Assembly: GCA_002269645.1 (NCBI GenBank)
Contig: NIVC01000679.1
Location: 186,001 to 250,000 of the forward strand
Origin: Macrostomum lignano
Taxonomy: Eukaryota
DNA: 64,000 nucleotides
Direction of reading: 5' to 3'
Part shown: positions 26,601 through 37,841 of the stretch, piece by piece
Position numbering within the stretch: the first letter of the stretch is position 1
How the letters are laid out: each line of letters opens with the position of its first letter
Translations under genes and position numbers: made by a program
Notes under the pieces: model-generated
Databases searched by the model: none
What the model saw: only the letters and a program-made list of their open reading frames with translations
What the model was told of the DNA's origin: nothing

Positions 26601-29301
26601 GGCGCACAGGGGTGTACATTGAGTATCAGAATCGTTGATTATCTCGACGGTCGGGAAGGCTGGCGACTTGATTCTTGTTTGCGTTTGCCTTCAGTTCCGA
26701 ATTGGAACTCTATTGAATAAATACTATCCGCTATCCTCAGGTCACAAAGACGCTGTGTTGGACGTTTCCTGGAATCCGCGCTCCCCCCAGGCTCTGGCCA
26801 GCGCCAGCGCCGACAAATCTGTGGGCCTGTGGGATCTGGACGCTAAGCGTTGCGTCAGGATGCTGGACAAGCTGCACTCTGACAAGGTGCAGTGCCTGGC
26901 CTGGCACCCGCAGGTAATGCAGCTCGGCTGTGAGATAGCATAGCGAGAATCGCCCTCAAGGCAACCCCAAGAATCGCCCTCAATACAACCCCAAGAATCG
27001 CCCCTCAAGTCAACCCCAAGAATCACCCCTCAAGTAAACCCCAAGAATCTCCCTCAAGACAACCCCAAGAATCGCCCTCACGACAACCCCAAAAATCTCC
27101 CTCACGACAACCCCAAAAATCGCCCTCAAGACAACCCCAAAAATCGCCCTCAAGACAACCCCAAGAATCGCCCTCCAGACAACCCCAAGAATCGCCCTCA
27201 AGACAACCCCAAGAATCGCCCTCAAGACAATCCTAAGAATCGCCCTCCAGACAACCCCAAGAATCGCCCTCACGACAACCCCAAAAATCGCCCTCAGGAC
27301 AACCCCAAAAATCGCCCTCAAGACAATCCTAAGAATCGCCCTCCAGACAACCCCAAGAATCGCCCTCAAGACAACCCCAAGAATCGCCCTCACGACAACC
27401 CCAAAATCGCCCTCAAGACAACCCCAAGAATCGCCCTCAAGACAACCCCAAAAATCGCCCTCCAGACAACCCCAAGAATCGCCCTCAAGACAACCCCAAG
27501 AATCGCCCTCCAGACAACCCCAAGAATCGCCCTCACGACAACCCCAAAAATCGCCCTCCAGACAACCCCAAGAATCGCCCTCAAGACAACCCCAAGAATC
27601 GCCCTCCAGACAACCCCAAAAATCGCCCTCCAGACAACCCCAAGAATCGCCCTCAAGACAACCCCAAGAATCGCCCTCCAGACAACCCCAAGAATCGCCC
27701 TCCAGACAACCCCAAGAATCGCCCTCAAGACAACCCCAAGAATCGCCCTCAAGACAACCCCAAGAATCGCCCTCAAGACAATCCTAAGAATCGCCCTCCA
27801 GACAACCCCAAGAATCGCCCTCACGACAACCCCAAAAATCGCCCTCAGGACAACCCCAAAAATCGCCCTCAAGACAATCCTAAGAATCGCCCTCCAGACA
27901 ACCCCAAGAATCGCCCTCAAGACAACCCCAAGAATCGCCCTCACGACAACCCCAAAATCGCCCTCAAGACAACCCCAAGAATCGCCCTCAAGACAACCCC
28001 AAAAATCGCGCTCAAGACAACCCAAAAAATTGCCCTCAAGACAACCCCAAAAATCGCCCTCAAGACAACCCCAAGAATCGCCCTCCAGACAACCCCAAGA
28101 ATCGCCCTCAAGACAACCCAAGAATCGCCCTCAATACAACCCCAAGAATCGCCCTCAAGACAACCCCAAGAATCGCCATCCAGACAACCCCAAGAATCGC
28201 CCTCAAGTCAACCTCAAAAATCGCCCTCAAGACAACCCCAAGAATCGCCCTCAAGACAACCCCAAAAATCGCCCTCCAGACAACCCCAAGAATCGCCCTC
28301 AAGACAACCCCAAGAATCGCCCTCCAGACAACCCCAAGAATCGCCCTCAAGACAACCCAAGAATCGCCCTCAATACAACCCCAAGAATCGCCCTCAAGAC
28401 AACCCCAAGAATCGCCATCCAGACAACCCCAAGAATCGCCCTCAAGTCAACCTCAAAAATCGCCCTCAAGACAACCCCAAGAATCGCCCTCAAGACAACC
28501 CCAAAAATCGCCCTCCAGACAACCCCAAGAATCTCCCTCACGAGAACTCCAAGAATCGCCCTCCAGACAACCCTCGCCCCTCAAGTCAAACTCAAGAATC
28601 GCCCTTCAAGTCAAACCCAGGAATCGCCCTCAAGACAACCCCATGAATTACGTACACTAACAAGTTAATCGATTTCATATATTCTAATCTCGCTACTTGT
28701 TAGTAGGCAGAAGAACCGCTGAAATAAGAATCTCTACTAATAAATTTGATAGGAGCCTCACCTATTGCTCACTGGCGGCTACGACTCAACAGTTCGTCTG
28801 TCAGACTGTCGAGCCCCTCAACAACAACAGCAACAGTCAGCATCTTCAGCCTCATCAGCGCCAGCCGCCGGCTCCGCCCCATCGTGGCGTCTTGACGGCG
28901 AATGCGAGCGCCTAGTCTGGGACAGCCGGAATCCGTTCTTCCTGATGGCCTCAACCGAGCGTGGCTCCGTGCAGCGCTGCGACGCCCGAGCCCCCGGCGC
29001 CCCCGTGTCCACCCTGACTGCTCACGACGGAGCCTGCAGCGGCCTCTGCCTGACCGACTCCGGCCTTCTCTGCACCGGCGGGGCCGACGGCCTTGTCAGA
29101 CTGTGGCGCTCCAATCCCGACGGCGAATGGAAGTCCTTGGCTAATAGAAACTGGAACATCGGCGAGGTGACTAAATTGACAGTGAACCCTGACTGTCAGT
29201 GCGTGCTGGGGATTACTGGGCTGACCGGATTTCAGGTGTGGGACGTGCGGGAGCACGCCAAGGCTAGGGAGTACCTGCGGACCAGAGGGGTGCCTGTCTG
29301 A
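23655..29301 (+). CDS. PWP1: Periodic tryptophan protein 1 homolog (WD40), 5 exons, ~434 aa
   Basis: Exons 23655-23726, 25075-25139, 25863-26308, 26741-26913, 28753-29301 in consistent phase. Motifs DNLVVV..IHVYN..FY, IQLWDLDLIE..PSVQL, GHKDAVLDVSWN, LASASADKSVGLWDL, HSDKVQCLAWHP, LLTGGYDSTVRLSDCR, TLTAHDG match PWP1. Confidence 0.9.
25268..25750. repeat. 31-bp G-rich minisatellite (CAGCAGGCACTGAAGGATCTGAGGGGAGGGG), locus 1
   Basis: In PWP1 intron 2. Confidence 0.95.
26945..28640. repeat. 24-bp minisatellite (AAGAATCGCCCTCAAGACAACCCC) filling PWP1 intron 4
   Basis: Direct reading. Confidence 0.95.
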
Positions 29302-29389
29302 CTGCTCTGCGATCGGCTGGGCTTTGGGCGAGAGTCTGTCTACTGTGGCTAGGCAAGTAACTGGGTGAATTCTCAAGTTTAACATTTGG

Positions 29390-29935
29390 CCTTCCAGATC
29401 CTCAGTTGCTGGGCCAGCCCCCCAGATCCTCAGTTGCTGGGCCACCAGCCCCCCAGATCCTCAGTTGCTGGGCCACAAGCCTCCCAGATCCTCAGTTGCT
29501 GGGCCACCAGCCTCCCAGATCCTCAGTTGCTGGGCCAGCCTCCCAGATCCTCAGTTGCTGGGCCACCAGCCTCCCAGATCCCCAGTTGCTGGGCCAGCCT
29601 CACAGATCCTCAGTTGCTGGGCCAGCCTCCCAGATCCTCAGTTGCTGGGCCAGCCTCCCAGAGTGTCAGTTGCTGGGCCAGCCTCCCAGATCCTCAGTTG
29701 CTAGGCCAGCCTCCCAGATCCTCAATTGCTAGGCCAGCCTCCCAGATCCTCAATTGCTAGGCCAGCCTCCCAGATCCTCAGTTGCTGGGCCAGCCTCACA
29801 GATCCTCAGTTGCTGGGCCAGCCTCCCAGATCCTCAGTTGCTAGGCCAGCCTCCCAGATCCTCAGTTACTAGGCCAGCCTCCCAGATCCTCAGTTGCTAG
29901 GCCAGCCTCCCAGATCCTCAGTTGCTAGGCCAGCG
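29390..29935. repeat. 28-bp minisatellite (GGCCAGCCTCCCAGATCCTCAGTTGCTG)
   Basis: Just downstream of the PWP1 stop. Confidence 0.93.
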
Positions 29936-30829
29936 CCACTCCCTCTGAGCTGAAGCGAGTACAACAACAATATTACTGTAATATTGCTGCCTTTTCAACT
30001 CAAGCTTGTTTTTCCCAAACAAGCCAATCTGATTGTTCTGCTAATTAGCAAATCTAGAAGTCGCGATTTGAAATGAAAATAAATTCGTTTTATTTTTCAA
30101 TAGACGCGCATTTTGCTTATAAACTAACTCTGAGTTTGGCGTGTGTTCCCCCGATGCGATGTTAGGGTATGATATTGGATGAAGATAAAACAGTAATGCA
30201 GTCGCTTGATGAAGATTGAGTGGCAGCTGGCAGCTCAATTGTAATAATGATATAATTATGCAAATTGGATAATTGCAAGGATAGAAAAGCTTATTAATTT
30301 TGCTTGTATTGTTTTATTCATTTGAAGGTATATTCGATGAAAATTATCCTAATTAGGATCGTATGTAATGAAACATTCGTGTCTCAATGGATTAAATTTG
30401 ATTTGAAGGGCCACAATTATGCAAATAGCAGAGAATCGTGCTAAGATGGATTACTTTAGACCTGAGCATCGTAATGAAGCAAATAATTATCTTTCTTCAA
30501 GGTTGGTCTTCTCTGATCATATCTGCCTGTCGGCTTAAGTGCTGCAAGGGGGAGCCGAAGTGCCCGGGCATATCGCCATTAGACTCAAGTGTGCACCGGT
30601 TCTGTCAATGATTCTTAGCTGAGCAGTGATGCGTGAGTCTGTGAAGAACTTACTAATAAGGAATTCTAGAGAGTTGCAATCTAGTGCTGCTAACCGTGGG
30701 AATCCCCACTCTCAGGTTTTTCTGAGTGGACAAGATCATTTGGGGCATCACGTGATTAATTTTTATAGAGTACATTTTTTTCACTGGAATTCCCCCGCGA
30801 TCATGAGTGAGATCGGTATGGAAATTTCC

Positions 30830-32230
30830 TATCTGAGAGAGTCTGATTAATTTGGAAATTCCCCCTCTGAGAGAGTCTGATCAAATTGGGAATTCCCCCT
30901 CTGAGAGAGTCTGATTAATTTGGGAATTCCCCCTCTGAGAGAGTCTGATTAATTTGGGAATTCCCCCTCTGAGAGAGTCTGATTAATTTGGGAATTCCCC
31001 CTCTGAGAGAGTCTGATTAATTTGGAAATTCCCCCTCTGAGAGAGTCTGATTAATTTGGGAACTCCCCCTCTGAAAGAGTCTGATTAATTTGGGAATTCC
31101 CCCTCTGAGAGAGTCTGATTAATTTGGGAATTCCCCCTCTGAGAGAGTCTGATTAATTTGGGAATTCCCCCTCTGAAAGAGTCTGATTAATTTGGAAATT
31201 CCCCCTTTGAAAGAGTCTGATTAATTTGGAAATTCCCCCTCTGAGAGTGATCAGTTTGGGAATTCCCCTCGTGAGAGTCTGATCAGTTTGGGAATTCCCC
31301 TCTGAGAGAGTCTAATTAATTTGGAAATTCCCCATCTGAGAGAGTGATCAGTTTGGAAATTCCCCATCTGAGAGAGTCTGATCAGTTTGGGAATTCCCCT
31401 CTGAGAGAATCTGATCGGTTTGGGAATTCCCCTCTGAGAGAGTCTGAACAGTTTGGGAATTCCCCTCTGAAAGAGTCTGATCAGTTTGGGAATTCCCCAT
31501 GTGAGAGAGTCTGACCAGTTTGGGAATTCCCCTCGTGAGAGTCTGATCAGTTTGGGAATTCCCCTCTGAGAGAGTCTAATTAATTTGGAAATTCCCCATC
31601 TGAGAGAGTGATCAGTTTGGGAATTCCCCTCTGAGAGAATCTGATCGGTTTGGGAATTCCCCTCTGAGAGAGTCTGAACAGTTTGGGAATTCCCCTCTGA
31701 GAGAGTCTGACCAGTTTGGGAATTCCCCATGTGAGAGAGTCTGACCAGTTTGGGAATTCCCCTCTGAGAGAGTCTGATTAATTTGGAAATTCCCCCTCTG
31801 AGAGAGTGATCAGTTTTTGAAATTCCCCTCTGAGAGAGTCTGATTAATTTGGAAATTCCCCCTCTGAGAATGATCAGTTTGGGAATTCCCCTCTGAGAGA
31901 GTCTGATCAGTTTGGGAATTCCCCTCTGAGAGAGTCTGATCAGTTTGGGAATTCCCCATGTGAGAGAGTTTGACCAGTTTGGAAATTCCCCTCTGAGAGA
32001 GTCTGATCAGTTTGGGAATTCCCCTCTGAAAGAGTCTGATCAGATTGGGAATTCCCCTCTGAGAGAGTCTGAGATAATTTTGGGAATTCCCATGTTTTAG
32101 AGTCTGATTGTTTTGGTAATTTCCATCTTTGATGATGATTATTTTGGGAATCCCCCTCTGCTAGTCTAATTTTTTGGGAATTTCCATCTTTCAGAGTTTA
32201 TTCATTTTTGGAATTCCCAACTTTGAGAGT
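30830..32230. repeat. 33-34-bp minisatellite with GGGAATTCCC palindrome
   Basis: Unit GGGAATTCCCCTCTGAGAGAGTCTGATCAGTTT, decaying at the right end. Confidence 0.95.
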
Positions 32231-32544
32231 TTGCTTATTTCGGGAATTATTCTCTTTTTTTCCTCTGATCGTTGCACTCTTCGTGTTAATAATGATATAG
32301 CTAGAATTCCTCACTTATAATTATAATCAAGCAGTTCTACATGTACAATTTTCAACTTGGTTGCTGGTATTTGTGCACTAATTTTTTTATGAACCATCAC
32401 GCTTTGTTGCCCTGTTGAGGCGAGCTCTCATCTCATCTTTATTTCTCTCTAACGGTTTATTTGCGATTTAATTAATCAGTTGTTAGTCTTGTGTCATTAA
32501 AAGTCCTTCAATCAGTCCTTGATGAACGGGACGCATCGATGTTC

Positions 32545-35500
32545 TCAGCTGAGCAGCTGCCTCTCCAAGTTGACGGAGTTCAGCATGGCTCCGTAGCAGG
32601 CACCGACGCACCGGTTGGTGGCCGCGCGGGAGCCCAGCTGGTTGCAAGGGGCGCGGCACTCTGCCGGCAGCGGCAGGCCCATCTCCTCGAAGAACAGCCG
32701 CATCAGGCGTGTCTCCGAGCGCAGCACCGCGGCGTCGCGGACTCCGCCTCGACAGTTGCGACCGGTGGCAGCGCATTCCGCCGTGGCTGCCGGGTCTTCG
32801 TCAGCCGCCTGCTTGGATTATGGGTTTGCGCGAGAGTGCTGTTAAGCTACTTGTAGTAGCATTCATCTTGCCGCCAGTGTTGAATGTTGTCGCTTTTCTC
32901 TATGTGCTGCCTCTCTCTCTCTCCCTTCTCCCTCTCTATCTCCCTTCTCTCCCTCTCTGTCTCCCTTCTCTCCCTCTCTGTCTCCCTTCTCTCCCTCTCT
33001 GTCTCCCTTCTCTCCCTCTCTATCTCCCTTCTCTCCCTCTCTGTCTCCATTCTCTCCCTCTCTGTCTCCCTTCTCTCCCTCTCTGTCTTCCTTCTCTCCC
33101 TCTCTGTTTCCCTTCTCTCCCTCTCCATCTCCCTTCTCTCCCTCTCTGTCTCCCTTCTCTCCCTCTCTATCTCCCTTCTCTCCCTCTCTATCTCCCTTCT
33201 CTCCCTCTCTGTCTCCCTTCTCTCCCTCTCTATCTCCCTTCTCTCCCTCTCTGTCTCCCTTCTCTCCCTCTCTGTCTCCCTTCTCTCCCTCTCTGTCTTC
33301 CTTCTCTCCCTCTCTGTTTCCCTTCTCTCCCTCTCCATCTCCCTTCTCTCCCTCTCTGTCTCCCTTCTCTCCCTCTCTGTCTCCCTTCTCTCCCTCTCTG
33401 TCTCCCTTCTCTCCCTCTCTGTCTCCCTTCTCTCCCTCTCTATCTCCCTTCTCTCCCTCTCTGTCTCCCTTCTCTCCCTCTCTGTCTCCCTTCTCTCCCT
33501 CTCTGTCTTCCTTCTCTCCCTCTCTGTTTCCCTTCTCTCCCTCTCCATCTCCCTTCTCTCCCTCTCTGTCTCCCTTCTCTCCCTCTCTATCTCCCTTCTC
33601 TCCCTCTCTATCTCCCTTCTCTCCCTCTCTGTCTCCCTTCTCTCCCTCTCTATCTCCCTTCTCTCCCTCTCTGTCTCCCTTCTCTCCCTCTCTGTCTCCC
33701 TTCTCTCCCTCTCTGTCTTCCTTCTCTCCCTCTCTGTTTCCCTTCTCTCCCTCTCCATCTCCCTTCTCTCCCTCTCTGTCTCCCTTCTCTCCCTCTCTAT
33801 CTCCCTTCTCTCCCTCTCTGTTTCCCTTCTCTCCCTCTCCATCTCCCTTCTCTCCCTCTCTGTCTCCCTTCTCTCCCTCTCTGTCTCCCTTCTCTCCCTC
33901 TCTATCTCCCTTCTCTCCCTCTCTGTCTCCCTTCTCTCCCTCTCTATCTCCCTTCTCTCCCTCTCTGTCTCCCTTCTCTCCCTCTCTGTCTCCCTTCTCT
34001 CCCTCTCTATCTCCCTTCTCTCCCTCTCTATCTCCCTTCTCTCCCTCTCTGTCTCCCTTCTCTCCCTCTCTGTCTCCCTTCTCTCCCTCTCCATCTCCCT
34101 TCTCTCCCTCTCTGTCTCCCTTCTCTCCCTCTCTGTCTCCCTTCTCTCCCTCTCTGTCTTCCTTCTCTCCCTCTCTGTTTCCCTTCTCTCCCTCTCCATC
34201 TCCCTTCTCTCCCTCTCTGTCTCCCTTCTCTCCCTCTCTGTCTCCCTTCTCTCCCTCTCTATCTCCCTTCTCTCCCTCTCTATCTCCCTTCTCTCCCTCT
34301 CTATCTCCCTTCTCTCCCTTCTCCGTCTCCGTCCTCTTCTTCTCTCCCTCTCTGTCTCCCTTCTGACCCTGTCTTCCTTCTTCGCCCTCTATATCTTCTC
34401 TTGTCCATCTTCTGTCATTTCACCATTAGCCTATTTCTAATTAATTGAAATTACTCTAAGACAGATTTCTCTCGAACGCTGAGACACAGACAGTGTTAGA
34501 GATGAAGTGACAGGTGAGTCGAACTGTTCAAATTAGGAAATCAAATGAAGGGATCAAGATCTTGACTTGACTTGATAATCCCTCCCCTAATATTTAATCT
34601 TTGAGAGGCTTAACGAATCCCAAAAGAATTTGCCATTTACTCTGACGCGTACGGAGAATGAACAAAGATGGGAATTATGAAACTAGCGAAGCTTTCTTTC
34701 TTTTCAAAGAAATCAGACATTTTCTGCAGCCCAAGAATTTGACATTGGCAAATTTGCATAATTATCAGCAAGAATATGGCATTAAGTTAGATCATTGGTG
34801 GTTACGCCAATTGCTTAGGGTGGACTTATAGTGATAGATTTTCATGTGTTAGTTTAGGTCTGGATCAAGGCTTAGGGCCTTTCTAGCAAGCCACAAAATG
34901 TGTGCTAAGCGGGCAGCTAAATCTCAATTTGCTTAGCAATTTTTTATTGCTAACTTTCCGTTTTCTCAGCAAATATCGCTGATTGCTAATCGGTGATAAG
35001 ATGCAGTCAGAAGGGTTTCTCTGATTGGTATAAATTGGATCTTGTTCATGGAAGCTAGTTCCTGTTCCAGCTAGGTCTCGGCTAAAATGAATCAGCGAAT
35101 AAAGGATTGAATCCGCAGGCACTGAAGGATCTGAGGGGAGGGCAGCAGGCACTGAAGGATCTGAAGGGAGGGGCAGCAGGCACTGAAGGATCTGAGGGGA
35201 GGGGCAGCAGGCACTGAAGGATCTGAGGGGAGGGCCGCAGCAGGCACTGAAGGATCTGAGGGGAGGGGCAGCAGCCACTGAAGGATCTGAGGGGAGGGCC
35301 GCAGCAGGCACTGAAGGATCTGAGGGGAGGGGCAGCAGGCACTGAAGGATCTGAGGGGAGGGGCAGCAGGCACTGAAGGATCTGAGGGGAGGGGCAGCAG
35401 CCACTGAAGGATCTGAGGGGAGGGCCGCAGCAGGCACTGAAGGATCTGAGGGGAGGGGCAGCAGCCACTGAAGGATCTGAAGGGGAGGGGCAGCAGCCAC

Positions 35501-36255
35501 TGAAGGATCTGAGGGGAGGGCCGCAGCAGGCACTGAAGGATCTGAGGGGAGGGCCGCAGCAGGCACTGAAGGATCTGAAGGGAGGGGCAGCAGGCACTGA
35601 AGGATCTGAGGGGAGGGGCAGCAGGCACTGAAGGATCTGAAGGGAGGGCCGCAGCAGGCACTGAAGGATCTGAGGGGAGGGCCGCAGCAGGCACTGAAGG
35701 ATTTGAGGGGAGGGGCAGCAGGCACTGAAGGATCTGAAGGGAGGGCCGCAGCAGGCACTGAAGGATCTGAGGGGAGGGCCGCAGCAGGCACTGAAGGATC
35801 TGAGGGGAGGGGCAGCAGCCACTGAAGGATCTGAGGGGAGGGGCAGCAGGCACTGAAGGATCTGAGGGGAGGGGCAGCAGGCACTGAAGGATCTGAGGGG
35901 AGGGGCAGCAGGCACTGAAGGATCTGAGGGGAGGGGCAGCAGGCACTGAAGGATCTGAGGGGAGGGGCAGCAGGCACTGAAGGATCTGAGGGGAGGGGCA
36001 GCAGGCACTGAAGGATCTGAGGGGAGGGGCAGCAGGCACTGAAGGATCTGAGGGGATCGAGGGGCAGCAGGCACTGAGGGATCTGAGGGGAGGGCCGCAG
36101 CAGGCACTGAGGGATCTGAGTTGAAGGCAATATGACACTGTGTACATGGTCTTTCTGTTTGATTACATGCACTACAAACTTACAGTAACGGGTGATCCAC
36201 TAGCAACGGCTTCTAGAAGCAGTAGAGCCAGACCTAAAGAGAACATCAGCTGCAT
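32545..36255 (-). CDS. Small putative secreted cysteine-rich protein (~111 aa)
   Basis: Exon 36255-36184 encodes MQLMFSLGLALLLLEAVASGSPVT then gtaagt (phase 0). Exon 32808-32545 (phase 0) encodes AADEDPAATAECAATGRNC...CRAPC-x11-CVGAC...LLS*. AATAAA on the minus strand at 32456-32461. Joining the two exons is an inference. Confidence 0.55.
32910..34360. repeat. 21-bp polypyrimidine/polypurine minisatellite (CTCCCTTCTCTCCCTCTCTGT)
   Basis: About 1.4 kb; explains the ERERRET, LPSLPLC and SLLSLSV ORFs. Confidence 0.95.
35115..36120. repeat. 31-bp G-rich minisatellite, locus 2
   Basis: Same unit as 25268-25750 plus a 33-bp variant. Confidence 0.95.
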
Positions 36256-37841
36256 GTTGTTGCTTTGCAAAAGTTCTCGCGGAGAAAAATTTGATGAGTT
36301 CTATTTAATGTGAATTTTTATACAATATCTTGTAAGTCGAGATGAGCAAAGAAGGAGGGATGCAGCTGCTTGAGACTAGAAATTTATGACAGGGCCATCT
36401 TCATAATTCCGCTTTGCCTCCACGTCCCCTGCGCATATAGGCTCCGCGCGATCTATCTGTTTTGTGATTGGATTGCCATGCCAGAGTAAGATAAACGAGT
36501 GAGTGACTATCAGTGATTGGCTGCATGGTTGCATGTATTAATGTCGCTGATTCTGTGTATAGCTATTTAGCTAGCTACTTTATTAGCTCGTAGTTATTCT
36601 TCTATACATTTATATCTTTGTGCGATAATATGATGGGAATAGGGCTTATCGTGACTTAGTGTAATTACATGTGTACATGTATATATTTTAGCTGCAATAA
36701 CAACACAAAATACGCTGTAACTTGTCAGTCTCAGCTGCAGCTATTATAGTTTAGTACTCGTAATCATATATCTAGAACGATAAAACATACGCTCGTAGAA
36801 ATTAGATCTAGACCTATCGATTTATTTAAGATTATCTATCCCGCCGCTATGAGCACACTTTGAGCATCTTAGAGGCTATATATGTACATCAAAGATTTAG
36901 AACCCTAGCCTAAACTGCCAGCCGCCAACTCAGCGTGTTTTAGCTTGGAGTGTACATATACGTGCTACTGCACCGTTTGCTCTCTCGATCCCCTGTTTGA
37001 ACTTGTTCGACTCTACGAGAACTATATATGCGTTATACATGTATATTAATAATTCAACGAAATATTACTAGCTAAATAATTTTCTATTTTAATTACTGCC
37101 TTGACTATGACCTATATTATATAAGGTTCGAAATGCATTGCATTGGCCATAAAATAAAATAAAAACAATTGTAGCAAGTTTATGTTTGTTCTCGATCGTT
37201 TCATTCTATCAATCTTTATTAGTGAGCTTACTCAACCAGAACTTTAGCTGTCGTATTCTGGTCCCTGACCAAACGCAAAAATACTGTGGATGTAATATTT
37301 AATCTATTCCCCCCAGTCCGTTTTCGTTGATACTGTGGTTCATTGTTAAACATCAGACGATCGAGTCAATATGCATAATTAATAGTCATATATCACATGT
37401 ACTCGTATATATTGCTACTAGTTCATTCGATAAACACGCACTTCTCGGAGTTAAACTTGCGTTCATTTGAGTTCATTATCATTTGATTGAAGGCTGGCTA
37501 ATGCACTAATTTCTCGTAATTAACTAACAGTTATAGCGCAACTTTTTTTATCCCCTGCAGGTTAAATTATATATAATCTGCGATGTATTTAGACAAATTT
37601 TATAAATAACGAGGTGCCCAAAGAATGTTTTTATAGTCAACTTCTTTACACAGTTTGTATTTTAATATAAACTTTTACAAAAACTCATATTGTAAATTTG
37701 TTTTACTTTAGAAGCAAAGATTGCTTTGAACAGGCGTGTCTTAACTTTCACGTCGTCCACAACGCATGTAATCATTACTTTAACTTAAATAGTTTGATCT
37801 AGAGTCATTTAGTCTGTATTAATGAGTTTTTTGTGAATAGA

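Noticed and set aside
27010-28668. ORFs with RAILGVVL and NRPQDNPK repeats
   Set aside because: Artefacts of the 24-bp array inside PWP1 intron 4.
32709-34448. Long ORFs of 579, 518 and 450 aa (LPSLPLC, SLLSLSV, ERERRET repeats)
   Set aside because: Translations of a 21-bp CT minisatellite open in several frames; no unique coding content.
34883-36172. PSDPSVPAAP-repeat ORFs (also 25175-25777 and 53481-53962)
   Set aside because: Stop-free strand of the 31-bp minisatellite; intronic at all loci.
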